The notes beneath the pieces were generated by a model. The model ran no database searches, was not told the DNA's origin, and saw nothing but the letters and a program-made list of their open reading frames with translations. This document shows positions 19,112-27,383 of a stretch of 64,000 bases of DNA, piece after piece. Location of the stretch: NCBI GenBank assembly GCA_963714385.1, contig CAVQOJ010000002.1, forward strand, positions 326,528-390,527, read 5' to 3'. How positions within the stretch are numbered: position 1 is the first letter of the stretch; each line of letters starts with the position of its first letter. The DNA comes from an uncultured Holophagae bacterium. GTDB taxonomy: Bacteria > Acidobacteriota > Thermoanaerobaculia > Thermoanaerobaculales > Sulfomarinibacteraceae. The translations under genes and the position numbers were made by a program.

Positions 19112-20521
19112 ATGAAAGCCGAAAATTCCGACGATCGCTGTCGGCCCTTCATCGCTCGAATGGAAGCGGCCGGCCTGCCGCCGCGGGCAATCTCCACCTT
19201 CTGCCACCACCTGCGCACGCTGACCTCGGGAGCCGGGGCCACCCTGGACCGAGACTCCATCTGGCCGGTCGAGTCGCTGCCGGACTCGGAATCGCTCGGC
19301 GGCGCGGGGAGCGCCGGGCGTGCGGCGCTTCAACGAGTCGTGGTCATCAAGCTGAATGGTGGGCTCGGCACCTCAATGGGCCTCGATCGCGCCAAGTCCC
19401 TGGTCGAGGTGCGCGGTGGATACGCCTTCCTCGACCTCATCGCCCGCCAGCTCATGGCGCTGCGCCGGCGGTTCGACTGCGCCGTCCCGCTGCTGCTCAT
19501 GAACAGTTTCAACACGGCGGACGACACCCGACGGGCGCTGGCGAACCACCCGGATATTCCTGTTGCCGGCCTCCCCCTGGGCTTCCTCCAGGGCAGCGTC
19601 CCGAAGGTCGTCGAGAACGGCCTCCGACCGGCCGTCTGGCCCGCCGATCCGCGACTGGAGTGGTGCCCCCCCGGCCACGGCGATCTCTACACCTCGCTCG
19701 ACACTACCGGCTTGCTGGCCAACCTGCTCGACCGCCGGTACGACGTCGCCTTCGTGTCCAACGCCGACAACCTGGGAGCGGTGCTCGATCTGGACATCCT
19801 CGGCCACCTGGTAGAGCGGCGACTGCCGTTCCTGATCGAGGCGGCGGACCGCACCACCGCCGACCGTAAGGGCGGCCACCTGTGCCGGCTCGGCGACGGT
19901 CGCCTCGCCCTGCGCGAGTCCGCACAGTGCCCGGTGGGAGAGGAAGAGGATTTTCAGGATGTCGGACGATATCGGTACTTCAACACCAACAACCTCTGGC
20001 TGCACCTGCCGTCGCTGCGCGAGCTGCTCGACCGCCATGCCGGGGTGATGCCGCTGCCCACCATCGTCAACAAAAAGACCATCGATCCCCGGGATCCCGA
20101 TTCGCCCGCCGTCCTCCAGCTCGAGACCGCCATGGGCGCCGCGCTGCCCCTGTTCGAAGGCGCCGAGGCGATCCGCGTCCCGCGGAGCCGGTTCTCACCG
20201 GTCAAGAACACCGACGACCTGCTGGCGGTGCGCTCCGACGCCTATCGGCTGACCGAAGACGGTCGCGTCATTCTGGACGAGTCCCGCCGGATGCCACCGG
20301 TGGTTTCATTGGACCGGCGGTTCTTCAAGCTCATCGACGACTTCGAGGCGCGCTTCCCGTTCGGCGCGCCGTCGCTGCTGGCCTGCGACTCCCTGACCGT
20401 CGACGGGGACGTCACCTTCGGGCGGGGTGTCGAGCTTCGAGGTGACGTTCGGATCACCGCTGCCGCCGGACCCGCGACCGTCGCGGACGGCTCGATCTTC
20501 ACAGGTGATGTTCTGCTTTGA
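19112..20521 (+). CDS. UTP--glucose-1-phosphate uridylyltransferase, UDPGP (eukaryotic-type) family
   Basis: VVIKLNGGLGTSMGLDRAKS, LMNSFNT, PPGHGD motifs. Start at ATG 19112 after GGAGG. Confidence 0.8.
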   Translation: MKAENSDDRCRPFIARMEAAGLPPRAISTFCHHLRTLTSGAGATLDRDSIWPVESLPDSESLGGAGSAGRAALQRVVVIKLNGGLGTSMGLDRAKSLVEVRGGYAFLDLIARQLMALRRRFDCAVPLLLMNSFNTADDTRRALANHPDIPVAGLPLGFLQGSVPKVVENGLRPAVWPADPRLEWCPPGHGDLYTSLDTTGLLANLLDRRYDVAFVSNADNLGAVLDLDILGHLVERRLPFLIEAADRTTADRKGGHLCRLGDGRLALRESAQCPVGEEEDFQDVGRYRYFNTNNLWLHLPSLRELLDRHAGVMPLPTIVNKKTIDPRDPDSPAVLQLETAMGAALPLFEGAEAIRVPRSRFSPVKNTDDLLAVRSDAYRLTEDGRVILDESRRMPPVVSLDRRFFKLIDDFEARFPFGAPSLLACDSLTVDGDVTFGRGVELRGDVRITAAAGPATVADGSIFTGDVLL

Positions 20522-20586
20522 GCGGTCTGGGCGATCGGGCGATGTGCTGGTCGCTAGTCGCTGGTCGCTGGACCCCCGCCCGCCCC

Positions 20587-20732
20587 ATTGCGAATTACGA
20601 ATTGCGAATTGACCGCCTGCCGAGTCCGCCGAGGTGAATCCAGGTGTTTCTCGACGTTAGAAGACACTTCGAGGCAGTCGCCACGATCTCGGACGTCAAC
20701 AATTCGTAATTCGCAATTCGTAATTCGCAATC
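20587..20732. repeat. AATTCGY hairpin element (heptad arms + conserved core)
   Basis: Left arm attgcgaattacgaattgcgaattg (20587-20611). Core accGCCTGCCGAG...gatCTCGGACGtcaa. Right arm aattcgt aattcgc aattcgt aattcgc (20700-20732), the reverse complement of the left arm. Confidence 0.9.
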
Positions 20733-20815
20733 AATCGGCAGGGCCGGCACGCCGCGCACTGCGAGACCCCGCACTCGATGTGTAGAATACCCCCCACGCT
20801 TTTTGAGGAGGTCCC

Positions 20816-22852
20816 ATGACCGACCAGCCGAAGTCTCTGCCCGAAAACGCGTATCGCGAGCTGAAACCCGGCGAGACCTACACCCCGGTGATCCCGGAGG
20901 AGCGGGGAACCCTCGAGGTCACCGTGCGGTCGGTGTTGTTCGGGCTCTTCATGGGAATCTTGTTCTCCGCGGCGGCGGCCTACATCGCCCTCAAGCTCGG
21001 CCAGGGCATCGAGTCGGCGATTCCCATTTCGATCCTCGCCATCGGCTTCTCGGCGCTGCTCGCCCGCAAGTCGACCCTGCTGGAGAACGTCAACATCCTC
21101 GCCATTGGAGCCACGTCGGGCATCCTGGTCGGCGGCTCGGTGTTCACGATGCCCGCCATCTTCGTGCTCGGCCTCCAGGACCGCACCTCGTTCTTCCAGA
21201 TCTTCATCGTGCCCTTCCTCGGCGCCTGTCTCGGGGTGGTCTTCCTGATCCCGTTCCGCCGCTACTTCGTGGCCGAGATGCACGGCAAGCTCCCCTATCC
21301 CGAGGGCACCGCCATCACCGAGATCTTGATGACCGGCGAGCGTGGCGGCCAGCAGGCCAAGGTGCTGGTGTCGGCCATGGGCATCGGTTTCGCCTTCGAT
21401 TTCGTGGCGCTCACCTTTTCGGCCTGGAGAGACATCTTCACCACCGGGCTGGTCCGCGCCCTCGACCCTTTGACCCACAAGGTGAAGGCCGTCTTCGCCA
21501 TCAACACGTCGGCCGCGGTGCTCGGCCTCGGTTACATCATCGGCGTTCGCTACGCCTCGATCATCTGTGCCGGTTCGTTCCTCGCCTACTTCGTGTTGGT
21601 GCCGCTGGTGGCCTGGATCGGCGCTCTCGTGCCCGGCATCGTCGGCGGCGGCCCCGCCCCGATCGCCGAAATGGGTGCCGAGGACATCTTCTTCGAGTAC
21701 GTGCGGTTCATCGGCATTGGCGGCATCTTCATGGCCGGAATCATCTCCATCGTCAAGATGTCACCGGTGATGGTGCAGGCGTTGGGCAAGGCCTTCACCG
21801 AGATCCGCAAGATGGTCACCGGCGGGCTCCGCACCGAAGCCAAGAGGACCGATACCGACATTCCGATGGGCCTGGTGGTGGTCATGACGGCGGTGGTGGC
21901 GGTGGTGATCTGGCTCTACTTCCGGTTCTCGGTGCTCGCTGCGAATCCCGAGGCCACCAAGATCGCCACGTACGCGTTGATCCTCACCCTGACGGTGTCG
22001 TTCCTGTTCGCCGCCGTCTCGGCCTGGGCGGTGGCGATGATCTCGGTGACGCCGATCTCCGGCATGACCCTGACCACCCTGATCGTGTCCGCGGTCGTTC
22101 TGGCCAAGCTCGGCCTGACCGGCCCCGAGGGCATGCTGGCGACCCTGCTGATCGGCGGTGTCGTGTGCACGGCGCTGTCGATGACCGGCTCCCTGGTCAC
22201 CGAGTTCAAGGTCAGCTACTGGCTCGGCGCCACCCCGCGCAAGATCCAGTGGTCGAATATCCTGGCCGCGGCGGTCGCCTCGATCACGGTCACCGCCGCC
22301 ATCATGCTGTTCGCCTCCACCAAGGGCTACGTGGTGACTGCGGCCCACCCCAACCCCATGCCGGCACCCCAGGCCAACGCCATGGCGGCGGTCATCCAAA
22401 GCGTCATGGCCTCTGCCGAGGCGCCGTGGCTGCTTTATGGTGTGGGCGCCGTGATCGCCCTGATCGTCGAGATGCTCGGCGTGTCTTCCCTGGCCTTCGC
22501 CCTCGGCATGTACCTGCCCATCGAGCTCAACTCGCCGATCCTGTTCGGCGCCCTGGTCGCCGAGTACGTACGTCGATCCGCGCCGTCTGAAGACGCGCGC
22601 CGCGCCCGCAACAACCGCGGCACCCTGATCGCCTCCGGCCTGATTGCCGGCGGCGCATTGGCGGGCGTGGCCGACGGCGTGTTGAGCTGGATCGCCGATG
22701 CCCGCGGCGCCACCATCTGGTCCTTCGGCAACACCGGCGGGCTCGGCAACTGGCTCGGCCTGATCCTGTTCGCCGTCCTCGCCGGCTACGTGATCTGGGA
22801 CGCCTCGCGGGCCAAGGAGGAGGAGGGGGCGGGTCCCGAGATTTCAATGTGA
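20816..22852 (+). CDS. OPT-family oligopeptide transporter
   Basis: 678 aa, ~16 TM. N-terminus YRELKPGETYTPVIPEE...VRSVLFGLFMGILFSAAAAYIALKLGQ typical of bacterial OPT proteins. Confidence 0.85.
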   Translation: MTDQPKSLPENAYRELKPGETYTPVIPEERGTLEVTVRSVLFGLFMGILFSAAAAYIALKLGQGIESAIPISILAIGFSALLARKSTLLENVNILAIGATSGILVGGSVFTMPAIFVLGLQDRTSFFQIFIVPFLGACLGVVFLIPFRRYFVAEMHGKLPYPEGTAITEILMTGERGGQQAKVLVSAMGIGFAFDFVALTFSAWRDIFTTGLVRALDPLTHKVKAVFAINTSAAVLGLGYIIGVRYASIICAGSFLAYFVLVPLVAWIGALVPGIVGGGPAPIAEMGAEDIFFEYVRFIGIGGIFMAGIISIVKMSPVMVQALGKAFTEIRKMVTGGLRTEAKRTDTDIPMGLVVVMTAVVAVVIWLYFRFSVLAANPEATKIATYALILTLTVSFLFAAVSAWAVAMISVTPISGMTLTTLIVSAVVLAKLGLTGPEGMLATLLIGGVVCTALSMTGSLVTEFKVSYWLGATPRKIQWSNILAAAVASITVTAAIMLFASTKGYVVTAAHPNPMPAPQANAMAAVIQSVMASAEAPWLLYGVGAVIALIVEMLGVSSLAFALGMYLPIELNSPILFGALVAEYVRRSAPSEDARRARNNRGTLIASGLIAGGALAGVADGVLSWIADARGATIWSFGNTGGLGNWLGLILFAVLAGYVIWDASRAKEEEGAGPEISM

Positions 22853-22868
22853 GGCACCTCGTGCCCGA

Positions 22869-22942
22869 GTTGAAAGTTGAAAGTTGAAAGTTCCCGCCCA
22901 CCCTCCCTCTCGGGCGGGCGGAGAGATCTTCAATCTTCAATC
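22869..22942. repeat. heptad arrays (GTTGAAA x3 ... ATCTTCA x2) around a C-box/G-box palindrome
   Basis: gttgaaa x3 (22869-22892), cccgcccaccctccctctcgggcgggcgg, then atcttca atcttca atc (22926-22942). Confidence 0.9.
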
Positions 22943-22979
22943 ACCGCCACCAGCAGACAGCCGTCGGCCAGTCCGTGAA

Positions 22980-24019
22980 CGGTTAAGAGTTACACGTTAA
23001 ACGTTAAACGTTTGGTTCATCCGGGAAAGCGTGAGGTCGGTTCTTCCGATCCCGTTCCCGACGAAAAATCCAGCGTCAGGGTCAGGGTCAGCGTTCAGTG
23101 GCAGTAGCCGGGGCAGGTTACAGCGGACAGCGACTGGGGCCGGATGCAGCGATCAGGTGTGCGGCGGCTGCATGGTCCCCTCCGGGTCGTTCACGGGGTG
23201 AATGGGCATAGCTGGCGAGGGGGCCGGAGTCAAGGGCGCAATGCGGCCGGCCTAGGGGTGGTAAACCCTTGACACCGACCCCCTCACCAGCATTCGGGTG
23301 AGCATGAACGACCCGGAGGTGACCATGTCCAAAGCCGTCGGAAACACCAATCTCGTCGCCTACACCAAGGCGCTCGAAGCAGCAGGCATAGCCATCAAGC
23401 TCGTCATGAGAGTTCCCGCCCCTCTAAAATCGGTTGCCGATCAGGTGATCCGGTCGGCGAGTTCGGTCCCCGCCAACCTGGCGGGAGGACACGGCCGATT
23501 CGGAAGAGACCGCCAGCACCACTGGCGGATCGCCTATGCCTCGGCCAAAGAGGTCGACAGCCACCTGCGACTCCTCGCCGCCGCTGGTGCAGTCAATGGA
23601 ATCGGGGCAGAGAACGCCCTGGAGACCTTTGACCACGTTCGTGCGATGACGTGGCGCCTGCTCAATCCCATCTGAGCGCGCCCGGTTCTCCGATACTGAC
23701 GCTGTCAACTGACGCTGCCGCGGGTCCCTGCCGCTCCTAAGTAACTGGCCGTCGGTCCTGAGTTACTTCCCCGTTGTCTCCCACGGCAACGCGGGTGCGA
23801 TGCTGGTTTCTGACGCTGTCCCTGATTGCTGTTTCCGCGGATGAAGCCGCGGTTCCTCTTCGGGCGGGCGGTGCCGTTCCAAAATCCGACGTTGACCGAC
23901 CTCCACCTCACGGAATTCCGGATGAGCCAAACGTTAAACGTATGAGGAACCTCGGCGGCACAAACCACCGAGAACGGTCGCGTCGACGTTTAACGTGTAA
24001 CGAGTAACGTGTAACGCTG
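22980..24019 (+). mobile_element. foldback element copy 2 carrying a four-helix-bundle gene
   Basis: Termini aacgtttggttcatccgg (23008-23025) / ccggatgagccaaacgt (23918-23934). Heptad arms acggtta agagtta cacgtta aacgtta (22980-23014) and gacgttt aacgtgt aacgagt aacgtgt (23985-24019). ~70-bp insertion (about 23735-23807) relative to copy 1. Lies 150 bp upstream of tRNA-Gly. Confidence 0.6.
23325..23675 (+). CDS. four-helix-bundle protein (23S rRNA intervening-sequence protein / Avd-like family)
   Basis: 116 aa from the ATG preceded by GGAGGTGACC. Near-identical paralogue of 5522..5872. Confidence 0.8.
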   Translation: MSKAVGNTNLVAYTKALEAAGIAIKLVMRVPAPLKSVADQVIRSASSVPANLAGGHGRFGRDRQHHWRIAYASAKEVDSHLRLLAAAGAVNGIGAENALETFDHVRAMTWRLLNPI

Positions 24020-24122
24020 AATACCGGAGGAACCACTTCTTCCCACCTAGCCGGGGAGGCGAGTTCACGCCGCCTCGAGGCGACCTCCCTGGCCACGGCT
24101 GTGGGCTGCTGCAGGCGGTAAG

Positions 24123-24152
24123 TTGACAGGCAATATGCTTGATTGCTAGATT
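24123..24152 (+). promoter_or_regulatory. putative sigma70-like promoter of tRNA-Gly (TTGACA-18 nt-TAGATT)
   Basis: TTGACA 24123-24128 and TAGATT 24147-24152, 14 nt before the mature tRNA 5' end. Confidence 0.5.
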
Positions 24153-24166
24153 ATGCGTCCTGCTGA

Positions 24167-24242
<76 letters not shown>

Positions 24243-24255
24243 TACACGATCAACC

Positions 24256-24279
24256 GCCCGGCCCTCGGCCGGGCTTTTT
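24256..24279 (+). terminator. rho-independent terminator after tRNA-Gly
   Basis: gcccggcc ctc ggccgggc followed by ttttt. Confidence 0.7.
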
Positions 24280-24316
24280 CGCGTTTTGGAACCGGTCTGA
24301 ACTGGTCCTTCAACTC

Positions 24317-25282
24317 TCACTCGGAAGCAGGGTCGGTGGACCACTGGAAGTCGTCGACCAGGAGGGACGCGTCCCACACCATGTCGCCCGAGTCCCAAAT
24401 GACGAAGTACAGGGAGAACGTCGAGCCCGGCGTCACCGGGACGGCGGTACGGATCCACGGGGTCGCGCCGTGGTCCTCGAAACCGGTTCCGGCGAGCTGT
24501 CCAGGTCCGTCGACGCAGTCCGGATCGCCGCTGCACACCGTGATCGACTGGCTGTGGGCGCCCATGGGCGAGTGCCCCTGCGAATCCACCAGAATGTTCC
24601 GGTGGGTGGGATCGGTGCCCGGCGGCGGCGGATCCATGATGGCCGCAGCGATGTCGGTGTAGCTGCCGCATAGATTGAACGGGTAGTCGAAGGCGTGGAA
24701 CTTCCACCGGAAGGACAGCGACTCGGCATTTGGTGGCGCCTTGAGCACGAGCGACAGCCCCGCCGGGTCGTTTGGCTGATTGGTGGTGACGCCAGGGCAG
24801 AGCGGGTGCTCGTAGGGGAATCCCGGCGGAAACACCGACGCAATGCCCTTCTGAAACCCTACGGGGTCCTGGTAGCCGGGATCGCCCACCGCGCGGGCGG
24901 TCCCGCTCGACAGCGCGAGCAACCTCGACCCGGACGGAGAGACATTAGGACCGAAGCCGTCGAGCAGGCCGACCCCGAGCAGTCCGTCCGGGAAGTTCGC
25001 CAGCGGGATGCCGTTCGGCGTCACGTAGTCGGCGCTCACGAGCCCAGGGGAGCCGGCCACCGAGAGCTGACACAACTCCATCGCGGCCGCACCCGAGATA
25101 GGATCGGTGTCGTCGATCGCCAGAATGTCGTCGCAGGGGTCCACCGTCCTCGACCACTCGACGGTGTTGGCCCACTCGAAGCCGTCCGAGAAGATCATGT
25201 CTCCGGCCGGCGAACTCGGGGCCCAGAGCATCACCAGGACGCCGACAGCGAACGATTCGAAGAGCGTTGATTGGATCGACAC
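24317..25282 (-). CDS. secreted protein, choice-of-anchor-L-like domain
   Basis: 321 aa with N-terminal hydrophobic signal. Mature N-terminus DGFEWANTVEWS. Central SFRWKFHAFDYPFNLCGSYTDIAAAIMD resembles choice-of-anchor L proteins (assignment from memory, needs HMM). Confidence 0.55.
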   Translation of the reverse strand: MSIQSTLFESFAVGVLVMLWAPSSPAGDMIFSDGFEWANTVEWSRTVDPCDDILAIDDTDPISGAAAMELCQLSVAGSPGLVSADYVTPNGIPLANFPDGLLGVGLLDGFGPNVSPSGSRLLALSSGTARAVGDPGYQDPVGFQKGIASVFPPGFPYEHPLCPGVTTNQPNDPAGLSLVLKAPPNAESLSFRWKFHAFDYPFNLCGSYTDIAAAIMDPPPPGTDPTHRNILVDSQGHSPMGAHSQSITVCSGDPDCVDGPGQLAGTGFEDHGATPWIRTAVPVTPGSTFSLYFVIWDSGDMVWDASLLVDDFQWSTDPASE

Positions 25283-25559
25283 GGCAGGCCTCCCGTCAGC
25301 ACTGGTTTTTGAGAATCTCTCTCAAGAATATCCACGCAGGCTCATCGAGTCAAGCACGCCCAACGGCTGGCCCCCTACCAGTCCTTGCGTGGGCCTCGCG
25401 GCGAGCGGGGGTCCGGCAGTCGTCATCGGCGGGCGGCCTCCGGCATCGCGGCGATGGGAAACGCCGCACTCTGCCCGCTTGGAAGCCGCGCCGGCTCCGT
25501 GTTAGACTGCCCGTGAGCTTGAGCAACAATTGAGAAGGTTTTGCGAAAGGTGATCAATC

Positions 25560-26072
25560 ATGCAATCTAATAACAAGATTTGCTGTGCCTGCGTGCTGCT
25601 CATTGTCGCTGTGATGGTTCCGCGAATCGTCACCGCCCAGGTCACGGTTTTGAGCGGCACCCTCGGCCCCGGGGACCCGACCTTTCACCGGCCGAGCACA
25701 TCCTTCCCTCCGTGCAGCCTGTCATCCAACGGAACCGCCGTGTACTACGACGTCTACACCGATTATTTTGCGGGTGGGCTGGCCATGGTCACCATGGAGG
25801 GAACGGTCGATCGTCCCGTTCTCGCCAGCTACCCCGCGGGTTCGTTCAACCCCGCAAGCGCGTGCGACGACATTATCGGAGTCGGGGGTTGCGAACCCCT
25901 GCCGGTGACCTTCACCGCACCCATCTTCTTCAACGCCGGCACCTACGATGTGGTGATCACCACCTGCTACAACGGGGACGCTGGAGACTACACCATCACC
26001 GTGCTGGCTTTCCTGTTCATGGACGGCTTCGAGTCCGGCGACACCACGGAGTGGTCGCTGACGGTGCCCTAA
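25560..26072 (+). CDS. small secreted protein (PPC/beta-sandwich-like) ending in DGFESGDTTEWS motif
   Basis: 170 aa with signal peptide CCACVLLIVAVMVPRIVTAQ. Good codon bias. Divergent from 24317..25282. Confidence 0.6.
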   Translation: MQSNNKICCACVLLIVAVMVPRIVTAQVTVLSGTLGPGDPTFHRPSTSFPPCSLSSNGTAVYYDVYTDYFAGGLAMVTMEGTVDRPVLASYPAGSFNPASACDDIIGVGGCEPLPVTFTAPIFFNAGTYDVVITTCYNGDAGDYTITVLAFLFMDGFESGDTTEWSLTVP

Positions 26073-26116
26073 GCAGGACTGGGCGCGGCGCAGATAGGCG
26101 CTGAGGAAGGGGATTG

Positions 26117-26266
26117 CGCCCACCCACCGCGCCACCCATTGCGAATTGCGAATTGCGAATTGCGAATTCTGGCCTGCCGAGACCGTCACCGAGCAAAGCA
26201 CAACGACCTCGGACGCCGACAATTCGTAATTCGCAATTCGCAATTCACAATGGGGCGGGCGGGAGG
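26117..26266. repeat. AATTCGY hairpin element, shortest and most symmetric copy, flanked by C-box and G-box
   Basis: cgcccacccaccgcgccaccc | attgcga x4 (26138-26169) | tgGCCTGCCGAGaccgtcaccgagcaaagcacaacgacCTCGGACGCCGAC | aattcgt aattcgc aattcgc aattcac (26221-26251) | ggggcgggcgggagg. Confidence 0.9.
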
Positions 26267-26291
26267 CGGTACCCTGGTGGCCGGAGGGTCC

Positions 26292-26663
26292 ATGGATCGA
26301 ATCGTCTTTGCCTTGGGATCGCTGATCGCGGGTGTCGGTGTCATGCTCGGCGCCTTCGCGGCCCATGCGCTGAAAACCCGAATACCCGCTGATCTCCTGG
26401 CGATCTTCGAGACCGGGGTTCGCTACCAGATGTATCACGCCCTCGGACTCATGGCCCTGGCGTGGGCGATCCATCGATGGCCCGAGCGCAAGCTGACCAC
26501 CGCCGCATGGCTGCTGGTGGCGGGCACCGCGGTCTTTTCAGGCACCCTGGCGCTGCTCGCGCTCACCGGAGCCCGGTGGTTGGGGGCCATCACACCGATC
26601 GGCGGCGTTCTCCTGATCGGCGGCTGGCTGCTCACCGCCTGGCGTTTGTTCCGGCCGAGCTAA
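26292..26663 (+). CDS. DUF423 (YgdD/TMEM256-like) membrane protein
   Basis: 123 aa from ATG 26292 (GGAGGG upstream). FGSLIAGVGVMLGAFAAHAL...GVRYQMYHALGL, 4 TM. The upstream part of track ORF 26139..26663 is translated repeat array. Confidence 0.8.
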   Translation: MDRIVFALGSLIAGVGVMLGAFAAHALKTRIPADLLAIFETGVRYQMYHALGLMALAWAIHRWPERKLTTAAWLLVAGTAVFSGTLALLALTGARWLGAITPIGGVLLIGGWLLTAWRLFRPS

Positions 26664-26776
26664 TCGGTACCACGCATCTCACCGTTGCAGGGCTTTTCCA
26701 ACGGCTCCGAAGGTTCGCGGCAGGGTGCAACAACGAGATACGTTGCACGGGAACGGGAATCCAGCAACGCCGCCGC

Positions 26777-26825
26777 CTACTGCCTACTCCCCACTGCCTA
26801 CTGCCTACTCCCTACTGCCTGTTGC
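26777..26825. repeat. heptad array (CTACTGC/CTACTCC)n, 7 units, GC-richer family
   Basis: ctactgc ctactcc ccactgc ctactgc ctactcc ctactgc ctgttgc, between convergent genes. Confidence 0.9.
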
Positions 26826-26838
26826 CTCTCACGTCGTG

Positions 26839-27144
26839 TCAGATCGACCCGCGGGTGACCGCCGTCGGCCCGTCGAGGACGCCGAAGTCGGTCGACGTGA
26901 TGTTGGCGAGATTCGGGTGGGTCGCGACCGAGCTGAAGAGCTCGGTCTTGGCGTAGTCCTCCATCGCCTGCCGGTCCCGCCACACATAGACGCCGCCGTA
27001 GGTCCCGGTGTCCGAGTTCGCCAGCCAGACCTTGCGGACCAGCCCCGGAACCGCTGCGAATGCAGGCGCCAACTCGTCACAGAGCGCAGCGTAATCGGCC
27101 TCGCTCACTCCCTTCAGCTGGAAGTTGATGATCTGGATATGCAT
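26839..27144 (-). CDS. YdhR-like dimeric alpha/beta-barrel (putative monooxygenase) protein
   Basis: 101 aa from ATG 27144 (AAGGGGGA SD). MHIQIINFQLKGVSEADY...GGVYVWRDRQAMEDYAKTE resembles YdhR-family proteins. Confidence 0.6.
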   Translation of the reverse strand: MHIQIINFQLKGVSEADYAALCDELAPAFAAVPGLVRKVWLANSDTGTYGGVYVWRDRQAMEDYAKTELFSSVATHPNLANITSTDFGVLDGPTAVTRGSI

Positions 27145-27383
27145 CGTTCGTCCCCCTTTCGTGGGCTTCGCACTACATTTGAGATCGTGATTCACTTCAT
27201 AACGTAATGCCCGGGAGCCTCCGTGTCCAACCGCGGTTCGGGGTTGCTGAGATTCCATTCCCGGATCCCGAAGCTCGAACCCCAATCCTGAAGCCCGAGT
27301 TGACACTCGACCGCCGTGCGTTCCTTGTGACAGAAAGACGCCAGCGCGCACAGCGTCCGAAGTCGGCCGCACGGAGGTTTACA

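Noticed and set aside
23298-23675. Four-helix-bundle (Avd-like) genes as markers of a diversity-generating retroelement or of an rRNA intervening sequence.
   Set aside because: No reverse transcriptase, template/variable repeat pair or rRNA gene is present in the window. The association stays a hypothesis to test genome-wide.
26139-26291. ORFs translating the arrays into heptapeptide repeats (e.g. MRIANCELRIANCELRI; similar at 20588..20785, 29345..29599, 37608..38228).
   Set aside because: They are a by-product of 7-nt periodicity (21 nt = 7 codons). They are low-complexity with no SD or start context, and the real downstream gene has its own start (e.g. ATG 26292 for the DUF423 protein).
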